Part shown: positions 51,091 through 62,719 of the stretch, in pieces
How the letters are laid out: each line of letters starts with the position of its first letter
How positions within the stretch are numbered: the stretch's first letter is position 1
DNA from: Hemiscyllium ocellatum
Taxonomy: Eukaryota
Length of the DNA stretch: 64,000 bases
Assembly (NCBI RefSeq): GCF_020745735.1
Contig: NC_083419.1
Span: 40,756,085-40,820,084, forward strand
Direction: 5' to 3'
Made by a program: the position numbers and the translations under genes
Notes under the pieces: model-generated
Databases searched by the model: none
What the model was told of the DNA's origin: nothing
What the model saw: the letters and a program-made list of their open reading frames with translations, nothing else

Positions 51091-52269
51091 GTCTTCTTTG
51101 AAATAGTATTATAAAATTTATTACACCCATTTGAGGGGGCAGACGTAGTCTTGGTTTAAAGTCTTGTTCGACAAAAGGAAGTAAAACCCACACTTATTTG
51201 CAAAAGAATGCAGGGGAAACTCACTTCTTTGAAATGAAATCTTATGCTTGCCTCCTAGACGCTACCTTAAATCCAACCCATTTTTTTGAGCCCAGGTTCA
51301 TTTTTCAAGCAGAATAGATGCCTGGTGGGTATCAAAAGAATTCTATCAAAGGAATACTTCCAATACTGGAAAAGTGGCTTATTGCAGGGGGACTGTTATT
51401 ACATACACAAACACACGACCAGCACCTTTAAAATACTGAGAAGCCATGAAAACAAAACAAATAACCTGAATTTGTATGTTGTAATCAAAAACTTTGATGA
51501 AAAGCAAGTAAATTACCTCATAATAAGTATATCTAATAACATATGTCACAATAAATATACAAGGCTTTGTAAAATATGATCAATTCCATCAATATGTCTA
51601 GAATATTACATATTGTGTTTAAATAAATCCAATTCGAAAGTTTTCAATAAACGTGGTCACAGTATCAGACTGATAATATTGGTTCAAATGTAAATTAGAT
51701 TTATTTCAGAAAAAAGGTGTTTTATAATGGAATTAATGAGTAATTTGAAGCATGAAATAATGAGCACAGTGAGCACTGAATAAATTTGACACTAGACCAA
51801 TGCTTTCCATAGTTTTCCAACACCAGCTTTGATTTGTGTCATTTTTAGTCTTTATAGATTAAGTGACTGCTGTAATTAGTCAGCAATTTCTTTATCAGTA
51901 AATTATGTAACTACTATGATAATAGAAGGCACTATCGATAGCAATTTTGTTCAGCAATTCCTATGTATCTCTAATAGATTTCATAAATTATAATTCTAAT
52001 GTGTATATGGGAATGTCTTCAGTGTAAAAATGATTGTTCAAACTACTTGTTACATATCTTGAAACAATGTAGGAAAGAGCTTGTTGCAGGCTTCAGACAC
52101 AGAAAACGTCATGTGGCCTAAACAGCTATGAGTGATGTGAAATTATTGAAATGGTGGCATTGCGCCAAAAAATGGATGAGAAAATGTTTAGTAGCCATGA
52201 TGTGATCAGACCTGTATCACTTCTACTGGATAAATTTAGGAATGCAATCATGGCACTTTACAAAGTCAC

Positions 52270-52895
52270 GACATACAAACATACAAAATAGGAGATGAAG
52301 TAGACAGATGAGGTGAGACCCCTTGAGTCTGCTCCATAATGCAATAACACCTATTTATGTTTTGAATTCCACATTCCCATCTACCCCCAATACCCATACC
52401 TAACAAGAATCTATCTCTTTGCCTTAAAATATTTAATGACACTGCTTTCCCTATGTTCTGAAGCACTATTCCTAAGTAGCACAATTCTTTGAGAGAAAGA
52501 AGTTCTAATTTCTGTCTTAAAAACATCACCCCTAATTTTAAAACAGTGTGCCCAATGTTCTGGATACCCACAAGAGAAACATCCTTACCAGGCTCACCTG
52601 GTCAAGACCATTCAGGTTCTTATATACTTCAATCAAATCACTCATTACTCTTCTAACCTCCAACTAGAAGCAAGCCAGCCTCACAACCTTTCCTTTATCA
52701 CTTAATCCCATGCATCAATTTATTAAATCTCCTCAGAACTGTGTCCGATGCCTTTACATCATTTCTTAAATCCAGAGATCAAAACTGCACACAGTGTTCA
52801 AGATATGATCTCACCAATGCCCTGTATAACAAGTGTAATATCCTTTTTATGGATCACTCCTTAATAAAGGATAACATCCCATTAGCCTCCTTGAG
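52270..52895 (-). mobile_element. Older CR1 3' fragment
   Basis: Similar to 58572-59200; AAACTGCACACAGTGTTCAAGAT (LE.CVQFW) on the minus strand. Confidence 0.7.
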
Positions 52896-54286
52896 TAATG
52901 TTGGAGGGAGAGATATCAACATGATTCTTGAGTTCTGTGTTTAGGAGCACAATTGACCTTTATTCAGAGAATCCTACAAATGTAGTGTGGGAGAGGACCT
53001 TCTCTAGAACACTAGTCCTCTCAACGAAGTACAATATCTTATATATTCTGCATAACAAAATTACATGCAACGTTGATGTCATTGTTAGTCACATACCCCA
53101 AATGTGCAGAACCAATCCTGTAAACGTACAATCAATGACGGTCAACTCTATGGATAGCCCTAGTTCATCCCATAGTCTCATGATGTTTACCAGATACCTT
53201 TATCATCTGTCTTAGGGATCTTACAATGCATCTCTTTCAATCACATTCCAGCGCTGACAGTTATATCTCTTCCTAGACATTTGCCAGTTGCAACACATTA
53301 ATTGCCAATAAAATGGATATTTAACTTATTACTTTGAACTCTTCCAAATTCTGTGTTGCAATATATATTCCCTACTAACCTTATCACAAACGATACAAAG
53401 GATGCTAATTTCTGCCAATCGTTATAAAATCACACTACTATGACAAAGCTGCCCAATGGGGCAATGCTTCTTTCCTCTCTCTCCTTGGGAGATCAAACAA
53501 ATACAGAGTCTCTGTCTTGCAGCTACAGTTTGTGACCTCTGCTATTTGCATGCTCTAAGTTAGTTTTAAACAACATTTTTACTCTTGGATGAACCTTTCT
53601 CTCTCTCTTCTAAACTAAATATCTTTTCTAAATAAGACAGCATCTATTCAAATTGCATTGCTAAGGGTGAAATTTAATCATTTGCACAGCACTATCAAAT
53701 CATTAAAAGAAACTGATTTGGATTCTCAAGATAAAAAAGGACATGACCTTACTCCCACTATTATCTTATTATTTGTCTCTGTCATTCTTTGGATGCAAGG
53801 ATCTGCTCAAATTGTCTACAGCTGAGCTATGCTGTTTGCTCAGCTGGAAAGTTGCAATTGTTTATCTCTCCACAGTCACAATGACTGCTTTATGACTGTT
53901 CTCTCCCCTGGACGATTGTTTGAGCTGTGTTGGTCATCTCTATGTTGAGCATTGCTTCATGAGGGTCAGAACATCCACTCTGTAACTGTTGTAAACAATT
54001 ACTGCAAAGGGAAGTAGTAGTCTGCTAAGGTGCATTGTTCAGTGGGTCCTCTGGTTTTCTCTGGGCCCACTTCTCAGCCAACTGAACTAATTTCTGTAAA
54101 CCAGAATCAGAGAATGTACACATAAAACAAACCTGGTGAACACATGTTTCACTCTATTAATCTCATGGAAAACATCAATGTAATTATGCAAGTCCATGTG
54201 TTTGCAAAAATTTGTTGACTATGTATTTTACATAGATAGTTTAATTTAATACATTATAATCTGATGTTAAAGCTGGTCTCCTCTCT

Positions 54287-54460
54287 GCAAGGACAGACCA
54301 CTATAAATGCCAGAAGAAACATCAAAGAAGCGCTTCGCAGGAGGCTCCACAGCACTGATGATGTCTCCTAGCCAGGGGACGAAACGTTTGCAACAAAAAC
54401 TTCCAGTTCGGCGAACAAAACCACTACAAGCACCCGAGCTACAAATCTTCGCACAAACTT
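54287..54460 (+). mobile_element. Solo PLE 3' end (pLTR-like) carrying a hammerhead motif
   Basis: Homologous to 62720-62860 (reverse). Flanked by TGGTCTCC(T/G)CTCT at 54274-54286 and 54461-54473. Confidence 0.88.
54352..54391 (+). ncRNA. Minimal type I hammerhead ribozyme motif
   Basis: GCA-CTGATGA-T-GTCTCCT-agcc-AGGGGAC-GAAAC-GTT-TGC. Confidence 0.85.
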
Positions 54461-55194
54461 TGGTCTCCGCTCTATTTCTTCTACACATTGGGTAGCACGG
54501 ATAAGAAAGCATCTGAGCATGAAAGCCCATCACTAGTCCTCCTTGAATTAAGAGTCTAATGATAACCACAAATCCAATGTTGATTGTTGAAAAAGCCTAT
54601 TTGGTTCACTAATGTCCTTTAGGGAAGGATACTGCCCTCTTTATCTGGTCTGGTCTCCATATGATTCCAGACCCACAGCAATGTGGTTGACTATTAACTG
54701 CACTCAGGGCAATTATGGATGGGCAATAAATGTGACCCAGCCAGCAATGCATGATCCTGTGAATGAGTTTTTAAAAATCCCAATCACTCACTACCATCTC
54801 CTCGCACTGTCACGTCTTTGTTCTTGTTGCTTCCCTTGCAATCACCAATTCATTGCCAATATGGTCCTCATTCCTGATCAGTTCCAACTCAACTATTCCC
54901 TCACTTCTATTGCAACCATATGCTTTCCTCTCCATTCTGCTCTTGGGGACACTTACCTGTTCCCACAACAGGGGAAAAGGGAAGACAAGTTTAAGGGATG
55001 ATAACTGCAATGGTTGAGATTCTAATCTTGCAGAGTAATCAAGGCTAGAGATAGCAGAATAGATGCTAGCTGAGCAGGAGCCAGAGCACAGAAAATATAG
55101 AGGTTTGGTGATTCTTTTCTTATCTCTAGTTTCCCAATATATATATTTTGATAACATAAAGTCAGTTCACTCTTGCATCAAGAAATATGTGAGG

Positions 55195-55417
55195 TAGTCT
55201 GTTGTGTCACCATAGTCTTACCAGACTACAGGGGCTGCTCTCTCATTAGAGAGAAGCAGTTGGTGCTGATTTAACCTAAGAGCTATTAGATCTCAGGTTA
55301 GGGAAGAGGTTGAGAAGGACAGTCCTTCATGTTAACCTCAAGCTAGAGATGGGAATTGAACCCACACTGTTGGTATCACACTGCTCTGCAAACCAATAAT
55401 CCAGCCAACTAAGCTAA
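55195..55417 (-). mobile_element. tRNA-derived SINE of another family
   Basis: Minus strand starts TAGCTTAGTTGG (A box)...GGGTTCAATTCCC (B box). Confidence 0.68.
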
Positions 55418-57944
55418 ATCAATTCCCATAACAGGCAGGATAAGGGAGTTAAAGCCACAATCTGGTCAGCTAAGATCTGATGTCATGGCACATTGACTTG
55501 TTGGACCAAATGGTCTACTCTAACTCTTATTTCTTATGTTCTTATGAAATAAGCTGGAGTGCTCTATCATTGACAGATTGTCACCTTTCTGAGAGAATGG
55601 AGGTAGCTGGCTTGTTTTGGAGTACAACTGAATGCTATTCTTCTGTCTCTGGCAGTGAGTGTATCAGTCTTGATTGCTAACAATTGTGAATGGCAACAAT
55701 TTGTGCACCTGTATAAGTTTTTATTTGAATTTGATGGTTCACAAAATTGATTGCTCAAATATGATTTTGCGATCCCTTTAACTAAACAAGATCTTCTCAC
55801 AACTGTGGGATATAGGTAAAGTAGTGTTACTTCTGCAATTATAATTACTTATGCAAGGTAAATGAACTCACACCAGTGTGTAATTGTTTCAACTAAGAGC
55901 TGAGTCAACAAGAATGAAAACTATGAGGAAGAAATACATAATTTTTTTTGAATTAGCTAAAATTGTATGCAAGACTGAAATGTGACTGTAAAACAATGGT
56001 GGATGTTACTGACAAATAGATAAGGTGCTGTGAGGATGTAGGTTAAGCCAGAATAGCTTGCACAAACAGTAGTTATAAGCATCTGTTGCCCACTTTTGCA
56101 GAAACACAGGAACAAACCCCAATTAAAAAGTCATATGGATCAGAATGGTTGGCGAAAGCACAGATGGAGGGAGTAGATAATGGTGAAGAAAGGATGTACC
56201 TAACAATGACCCACAGCGGGATGAGGTCAAACAGCCTTGAGAGGCCAGAAATAAGCATTTTGTCAGAGATAAGGCAAGAGATAAACAGGAGTAATGGGTG
56301 CCGGTCTTAGAGAAGTGGAAGATGTAAATGGGGAGGAGCAATGGGATAAAAAAAGAGGAACCAAATTACATAAATATCGTGAATTCATTGAATTCAGGGT
56401 GTGTTTGTGGACAGTGAACATCGCACCCACTTGCAAGTGTGAAATAAATGACACTACGGATTCAGATCTTGTCGCGGACTGAAATTATTGAAGTGAGTGA
56501 GCTTTGTTTCGCACACAACCTTATTTTTCCTTATCTGCCTCTTAATTATTTAAATATGGATATCGTTTTGGATTATTAGTAAAGGTCTGTGTAGAAAAAG
56601 AGGAGGTTTTGGAAATATGAATTTTACAAATTCCATATGAAATTTCAAAAGCTACACAAACTCTACAAATATCCAGGGAAGAAATGTCAGTATTTCAACC
56701 TGATTTGAATTCCCACTAGAGAGCAGTGCTTCAAAATGATCACATTTAAGTTTTGTTTTCTTAAAAGAAAAGTGAAAACTTAGCATAATTCTGGAGGAGT
56801 CTCAAGCTGGTCTCCAGCTAACTTAAGTTGGAAGGGACATGGGGGTGGGGAATGTCAAAAGCAATGAGTATTTTTCGCATTGCAGATCAAGTGATGCTGA
56901 GTTCAAAATTCAATAAAAGCAGCGGAAACTACAATAAATTATGTTTCAAAAAGTGCATATACAGCTTTGGCTGATAGCAACATCTTACGAACAGTGGAAA
57001 TTTCGGTCAACAACATGTCACTTCCAATTGTGTAGATGGACATGTGTGTCATAGCTGACCAGAATGTAGCCTTAACTTCCCTTTACTGCCTGTTCCACAT
57101 AGTTCTTGACACAAGAGTTAACTGCTTTTATTTATCAACATTTATATATTAAGAGACCAGAAACAGCAAAAGAATCAACAAATCTCCATGTCTTGATTTC
57201 AGTGCTCAGTGCTCGATTTCAGTGAGGAGTGAGTTATAAATCAATCCCCAGCCAAAACACTCCTGCCCATCTCCATGACTATCAACATAAGGATTATTGA
57301 GAGAAAAAGGTGGCTTGGTTGTTTTTGAAACTAAATTGCACTTTGGGTATTTCAATTGCATTTGTTTTACTTTTCTGGTGCATACTGCTGCTTTACTGTT
57401 GAGACTTGTTTAGTCAGGGACATAAATGGCACTGTACTGTGTACTGACACGTCTCGTGGTTGGTGCACATTGGTGGTTACAGTGGAGATTAAGACATTTC
57501 CATTATTATGAAATAAATAATTTGCATATCAGTGTCTAATGTTTTATTCACGATGAGACATGGCTGAACTTGCAGACTCAGTTAGTCCTCTGTTTTATGG
57601 ATTGTAACAAACGCTGCCCGAAATAACAAGAATAGCTGCAATGTTACAGGTACACTACCAGAATATTCTGATACTGTTTGCGGTGTTTGATTGAACTCAA
57701 ATGGGATAATGCAGACCAAGTCTTAATCACAGATGGTTATGATGTGGAAGCAGGAACATAGGCATAAATTGCACCTTCCCACAAGCTGCAACAGCAAAAG
57801 AAAAGTCAAAACCTACTCCTGTTTTCACAGTGTTACCAAAATGACCTTCCCCTGTTCCATTTCAGCTGGCATGCTATCTTTTCTGCTGATTGTATTTCTG
57901 CACCATTGCATCCACACTGCCAGTTGATTCCGGTGCTGACTCTA

Positions 57945-58559
57945 CTAGAGTGACCTCTGCAACCAGAGTGAGGACGACAACCCCTTCCACCAGAGTGACC
58001 ACTTCATCACTTCCACCAGGATGACCACTAACCCCCTCCACCAGAGTAACCACTACATCCCTTCCACCAGAGTGACCACTACACCCCTTCCACCTGAGTA
58101 ACCACTGCACCCCTTGCACCAGAGTGACCACTACACCCCTTCCACCAGAGTGACCACTACACTCCTTCCACCTGAGTGACCACTACACCCCTTCGACCAG
58201 AGTGACCACTACACCCCTTCGACCAGAGTGACCACTGCACCCCCTCCTCCAGAGTGACCACTGCATTCCTTACACCACAGTGACCACTACACCTCTTCCA
58301 TGAGAGTGACCACTGCACCCCTTGCACCAGAGTGACCACTGCACACCTTCCACCAGAGTGACCACACCACCCCTTCCACCAGAGGGACCACAGCACCCCT
58401 TACACCAGAGTGACCACTACACACCTTCCACCAGAGTGACCACAACACACCTTCCACCAGAGTGACCACTGCACCCCTTCCACCAGAGTGACCACTGCAC
58501 CCCTTCCACCAGAGTGACCACTGCACCCCTTCCACCAGAGTGACCGCTGCTCCCCCTCC
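57945..58559. repeat. Minisatellite, 26-bp unit CCAGAGTGACCACTGCACCCCTTCCA, ~23 copies
   Basis: Directly visible tandem array; explains the repetitive minus-strand ORFs at 57874-58638. Confidence 0.95.
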
Positions 58560-58571
58560 AAAAGGATGAAC

Positions 58572-60445
58572 ACTTCATAAGACCATGAGTTATATGAGCA
58601 GAATTGGGCCACTCGGCCCAAGAATTCTGCTTCATCATTTCATCATGACTGACATGTTTCTCAATCCCATTCTCCTACCCTCTCCCAGTAACCCTTGATC
58701 CTTTACTAAATCGATCTATCTCTGTCTTAAGTGCACTCAATGACTTGGCCCCTACAGCCTTCTGTGGCAGTGGGTTACATAGATTAACCACTCTCTGGTT
58801 GAAAGGATTCCTCCACATTTCATTCTCCTACTAAAGGAAACATCTTCTCCATATCTCTATATTTAAGCCTCTCAATATTCGATAAGCTTCAATCAGATCC
58901 CCCTCATCCTTCTAAACTCCATCAAGTACAGGTTCACAGTCCTCAACTGCATCTCATATGACAAAACTTTCATCCCTGGGATCATTCTTGTAAACCTCCT
59001 CTGGACCCTTCCAAGGTACATCCTTCCATCATTCCTGGGTCCATAACTGCTCACAATATTCCAAATGTGTCTGACCAGAGCCTTTCACAGCCTCAGCAGT
59101 ACATTTATGTTCTTGTGTTGTAGCCCTCTCAAAATGAATGCTAACATTGCATTTGTCTTCCTAACCAACAACTGAACCTGCATGTTAACATTAAAAGACT
59201 CTTGAACTATGACTCTTAAGTCCATTTGTGCTTCAGATTTTCAAAATAGCCTAAGCCTCTATTCCTTTGACCAAAGCATGCTCACATTTTCCCACATTGC
59301 ATCTGCCCACTCTCCTAACCTATCCAAGTCCTTCTGCAGCATCCCTGCTTCCTGAACACAATCTGTCCTTTCACCTCATTTTGTGTCATCTGCAAACTTA
59401 GCAACAATGCCCTCAGTTCCTGTTTTCCAGATCATTAATGTATAATGTGAACAGTTGTGATCTCAACACTGGTCACTGTGCAACTCCTCTAGTCAATGGC
59501 TGATCTCCTGAAAAATACCTTTTATCCCCACTCTCTGCTATTTTGCCAGTCAGCCAATCCCTTCTCCATGCAGTACCTTGCCCCTAACATCAAGAGCTTT
59601 TATCTTCTTTAGTAACCTTCTATGCAGCATCTTTCGGAACGCCTTTTGGAGTTCCAAATAGATCATGTCCACTGGCTCTTCTTTATTCAACTTCCTCATT
59701 GCCTCTTCAAAGAATTCTAACAGATTTGTCAGGCATGACCTCTGCTTGATGAAACTGTGCTGACTCAGCCCTATTTTATATACACTTCCAAGTATTCCGC
59801 AATCTCATCCTTAATAATGGACTCTAAATGTTTACGATTTGGAGGTGCTGATGTTGGACTGGGGTGCACAAAGTTAAAAATCACATAACATGAGGTTATA
59901 GTCCAACAGGTTTATTTGGAGGCACTAGCTTTTGTAGTGCTGCTCCTTTATCAGGTGGTTGTGGAGCAGAATCATATGACACAGAATTTATAGCAACAGG
60001 ATTGCAGTGTCATGGAATGTAATATTAAACAAATTTAGCTTAGTCTTTCATCTTTTAGAATGATCATATTAGTTTTGATTCCTTCATTTGTAAATCCCAG
60101 AACTTTTTAAAGTTACATTCTCAAGATAGCTTTAACAAAAGGTGCCACCTCCGCTCAGATAATGCATTAAAGGCATGAAGTTAAAGTCTGTTTGTGTCCC
60201 AATGTTGGGTCAGACTGATGATTACCAAGGTCAGGTTAACCAGTCTATAGCTTACTGTGTTCTGCCTCCCACCCCTCTTAAACAGGGGTGTTCCAGTAGC
60301 CATTTTCCAGTCCTCTGGGATGCTCCCTGACTTCAGTGATTCATGAAAGATGACCATCAATGCCTCTACATTCTCAGCTATCTCCTTCAGATGTCCAGGT
60401 GACATTCATGTTCAGACCTTTCAGCTTCCCTAGCATCTTCTCCTT
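58572..60445 (-). mobile_element. CR1 RT fragment, interrupted by a PLE piece
   Basis: ORF 60181..60405 IPEDWK.A..TPLFKRG.RQ...YR.V.LT; FADDTK (TTTGTGTCATCTGCAAA) and DFQKAF-like remnants. Confidence 0.85.
59833..60218 (-). mobile_element. PLE 3' fragment (same family as 11658-12332) nested in a CR1
   Basis: Long colinear similarity to 11660-12030. Confidence 0.78.
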
Positions 60446-61356
60446 GGTCAAGGTGATATTCAAATCCTGTGCTTGGATACTGCAAGATAAAGAGGGGGAA
60501 AGAAACCAACAGGGAGGAAAGTTTTAGCCAACATCCACAAACTAGATCAGTAACCTGATCAGATTTGTTTGTTCACCATTGCTAAAAAACTTGTTTATCC
60601 TTATCCCTCAAAGGAAGAAGCACTCTGGAGAACCTTACATTCAACTAGCATGAACCTTAGCAAGCGATATACTATGGAAAATAAAGAACATGAAAGCATG
60701 GGAAGGGTTAAAGCATGAAGACCACTGGCAACCTGTGTTCTGTGGAAGGCAGGAACGGATAACCACAGTGGAGCATTCTTACACCAATTAGCAGAGTAAG
60801 GTTAAGGCTGAAAGGTCAATATGGCGTGATGAGATAACACAACTAATAAAGCAAGTTTCTCTGTTAAGTGTTATTATGACAGGATTGGGACAATAAAATT
60901 TGGGACATGACATTAAAGTATCTAATTAATAGTTAGTAGAGTCAGCTTGAGACAGGAGACTAATAGCTAAATATCTATCATGACAGGTTAGACTGGAATG
61001 GAAAGATCACTGTAGCACAATTAGCAATAAATATCTAATGGTGACATTAAAATAACATTAAGTAGAATGTACAACTAAAGAGATAATAGGAACTAACATC
61101 ACTGGGTTACTGTGTAGCTAGAGTGAGGTACTTTGATTAATATAGTTGGACATGCTGATAAGCTAATAGAAACATGATAAAAAAAATATAAAAATCCACA
61201 GACCCTGAGGTTAATGGGCATTCGAGAATCTGCTTTTTCAGTGTCACGGTTTTTTGTTTGCAAATAAAAGACCTATTTCTTGAAGAATTCTCTGCGTCTC
61301 CTGGTGGTTCTCTATATTTTCTCCAACAACAATACCTGATACAACAAGCAACAGAG

Positions 61357-61476
61357 GAGAAAGTGAGAGCTGCAGATACTGACGTTGCTGATGAAGACCT
61401 TACGCTCGAAACGTGGGCTCTCCTGCTCCTCGGATGTTACCTGACCGGCTGTGCTTTTCCAGCACCACACTTTTTG
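61357..61476. mobile_element. Short PLE-derived insertion with inverted 5' piece and degenerate hammerhead
   Basis: GAGAAAGTGAGAGCTGCAGA (inverted tail), then CTGATGA...GAAACG; TSD ACAACAAGCAACAGAG at 61341-61356 and 61477-61492. Confidence 0.8.
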
Positions 61477-62122
61477 ACAACAAGCAACAGAGCTTTGAAA
61501 CTGGGGGGGGGGGGGGCAGTGATACTTAAAGAAGAACAATCAAATCTGTATTTCTCCTTCTGGAAGGTTTCCTGCTATCTTGATCTTTTTCTTATTCTTT
61601 GTGCTATGTGTATAAAAACACTTCTAAAGTCGCATACCTGAGATTGGTATTCACAGTCCGGAGAAATCCTATTTTGAGTTAAAAAAAACACTTGCTTTTA
61701 TGTAGCGCCCTTCACAACCTTCGCCAATGAAGTATTTTTGTAATGTAGCCACCTTTCTAACACAGCCAATATGCGTATAGCAAGCCTCTTACCAGCTGCA
61801 ATAAGCCACTTTATTCCTATTCTCTGAGTATTCGTCTGCTCTGCAGAACGTCATTAACATCCGACTGTGGTCATGTGTTAGAGTTTCTATTATCTGTGTT
61901 TTAGCCGGAAATGTTTCGGTTGTACTCCGAACACGGACTATGTTCTTGGTTAAGAAATGAAAAGGTTTATGGTACCACAGAAACACATCACGGCTTCGGT
62001 CTATCTTTTTAAAGGATGAAAGAAATTTCAAAACTCTCTCGCTATCTTTTATGGTGATTGCAACACTAGTTCCATTTAATTAATCATGCCATTTCGTTCT
62101 GGAGAAGGATTTACGTCGCTGA

Positions 62123-62140
62123 AGTTTCACTTTCATTTCC
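62123..62140 (+). promoter_or_regulatory. Interferon-stimulated response element (ISRE/IRF-E)
   Basis: AGTTTCACTTTCATTTCC fits the AGTTTCNNTTTC consensus with a third TTTC unit; ~70 bp upstream of the PARP12-like ATG in a CpG-enriched region. Confidence 0.8.
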
Positions 62141-62208
62141 CAGGTTTCCAACTCACATATTGAGAAGGATTTTGTCACAGTCATTCAGCGAGAAAACGAC
62201 GGGCAGAA

Positions 62209-62543
62209 ATGTCACTGTCAACACTCCAAGTGAAAATCGTCAAGATCCTGTGTTCCAATGATGGATCACTGCTTTATGAGCAGCTCCGCAGAATTGTCTC
62301 CAAAAGTGATGCGGTATCTGACGTACATCTGACCATGGCATTGAAAAGCTGCCAGCGTTTTACCATTGTCCAAGGAACTGGGGGAGAAATATCAGAGGCT
62401 GAGCTAACGTCGGACAGTCGAATCATAGCCACTAGCGTTGTCCGGCTCTGTAAGGACTACCCAAACAAGAAATGTCAAGACTGTGGCCAACTTCACCTGT
62501 GCAGATTTTTTATTCTGGGTCACTGCAAATACTCAGGAGAAAG
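62209..62543 (+). CDS. PARP12: Exon 1 of a PARP12/ZC3HAV1(ZAP)-family CCCH zinc-finger protein
   Basis: KILCSNDGSL..., RFTIV..., IIATSVVRLCKDYPNKKCQDCGQLHLCRFFILGHCKY matches the family N-terminus (C..C..C.QLHLCRF...G.CK). Donor aag|gtaatg, phase 2. Exact paralog is uncertain. Confidence 0.8.
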
Positions 62544-62719
62544 GTAATGTATAGGCTAGATCGTTAAAGACTAAACAGTTACTAAGTCAATGTGAGACAC
62601 TGTTAGTAACTGAGATAATGGAAAGCTAGTGGCAAAGACAAACTTTAAACAATATTTATGGAAGAATATCTTACTTTGTCATACTGTATTACCTTTGTAA
62701 AAAAAATTGTTAACTTTCT

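Noticed and set aside
40092-55200. Assorted 100-155 aa ORFs (40092, 44050, 50214, 54612, 54810)
   Set aside because: Low-complexity AT-rich or repeat-derived translations without recognisable motifs or consistent exon structure.
57945-58559. CRISPR-like array or repetitive protein ORFs
   Set aside because: Units are contiguous with no unique spacers, the context is eukaryotic, and the ORFs are by-products of a 26-bp repeat open in several frames.
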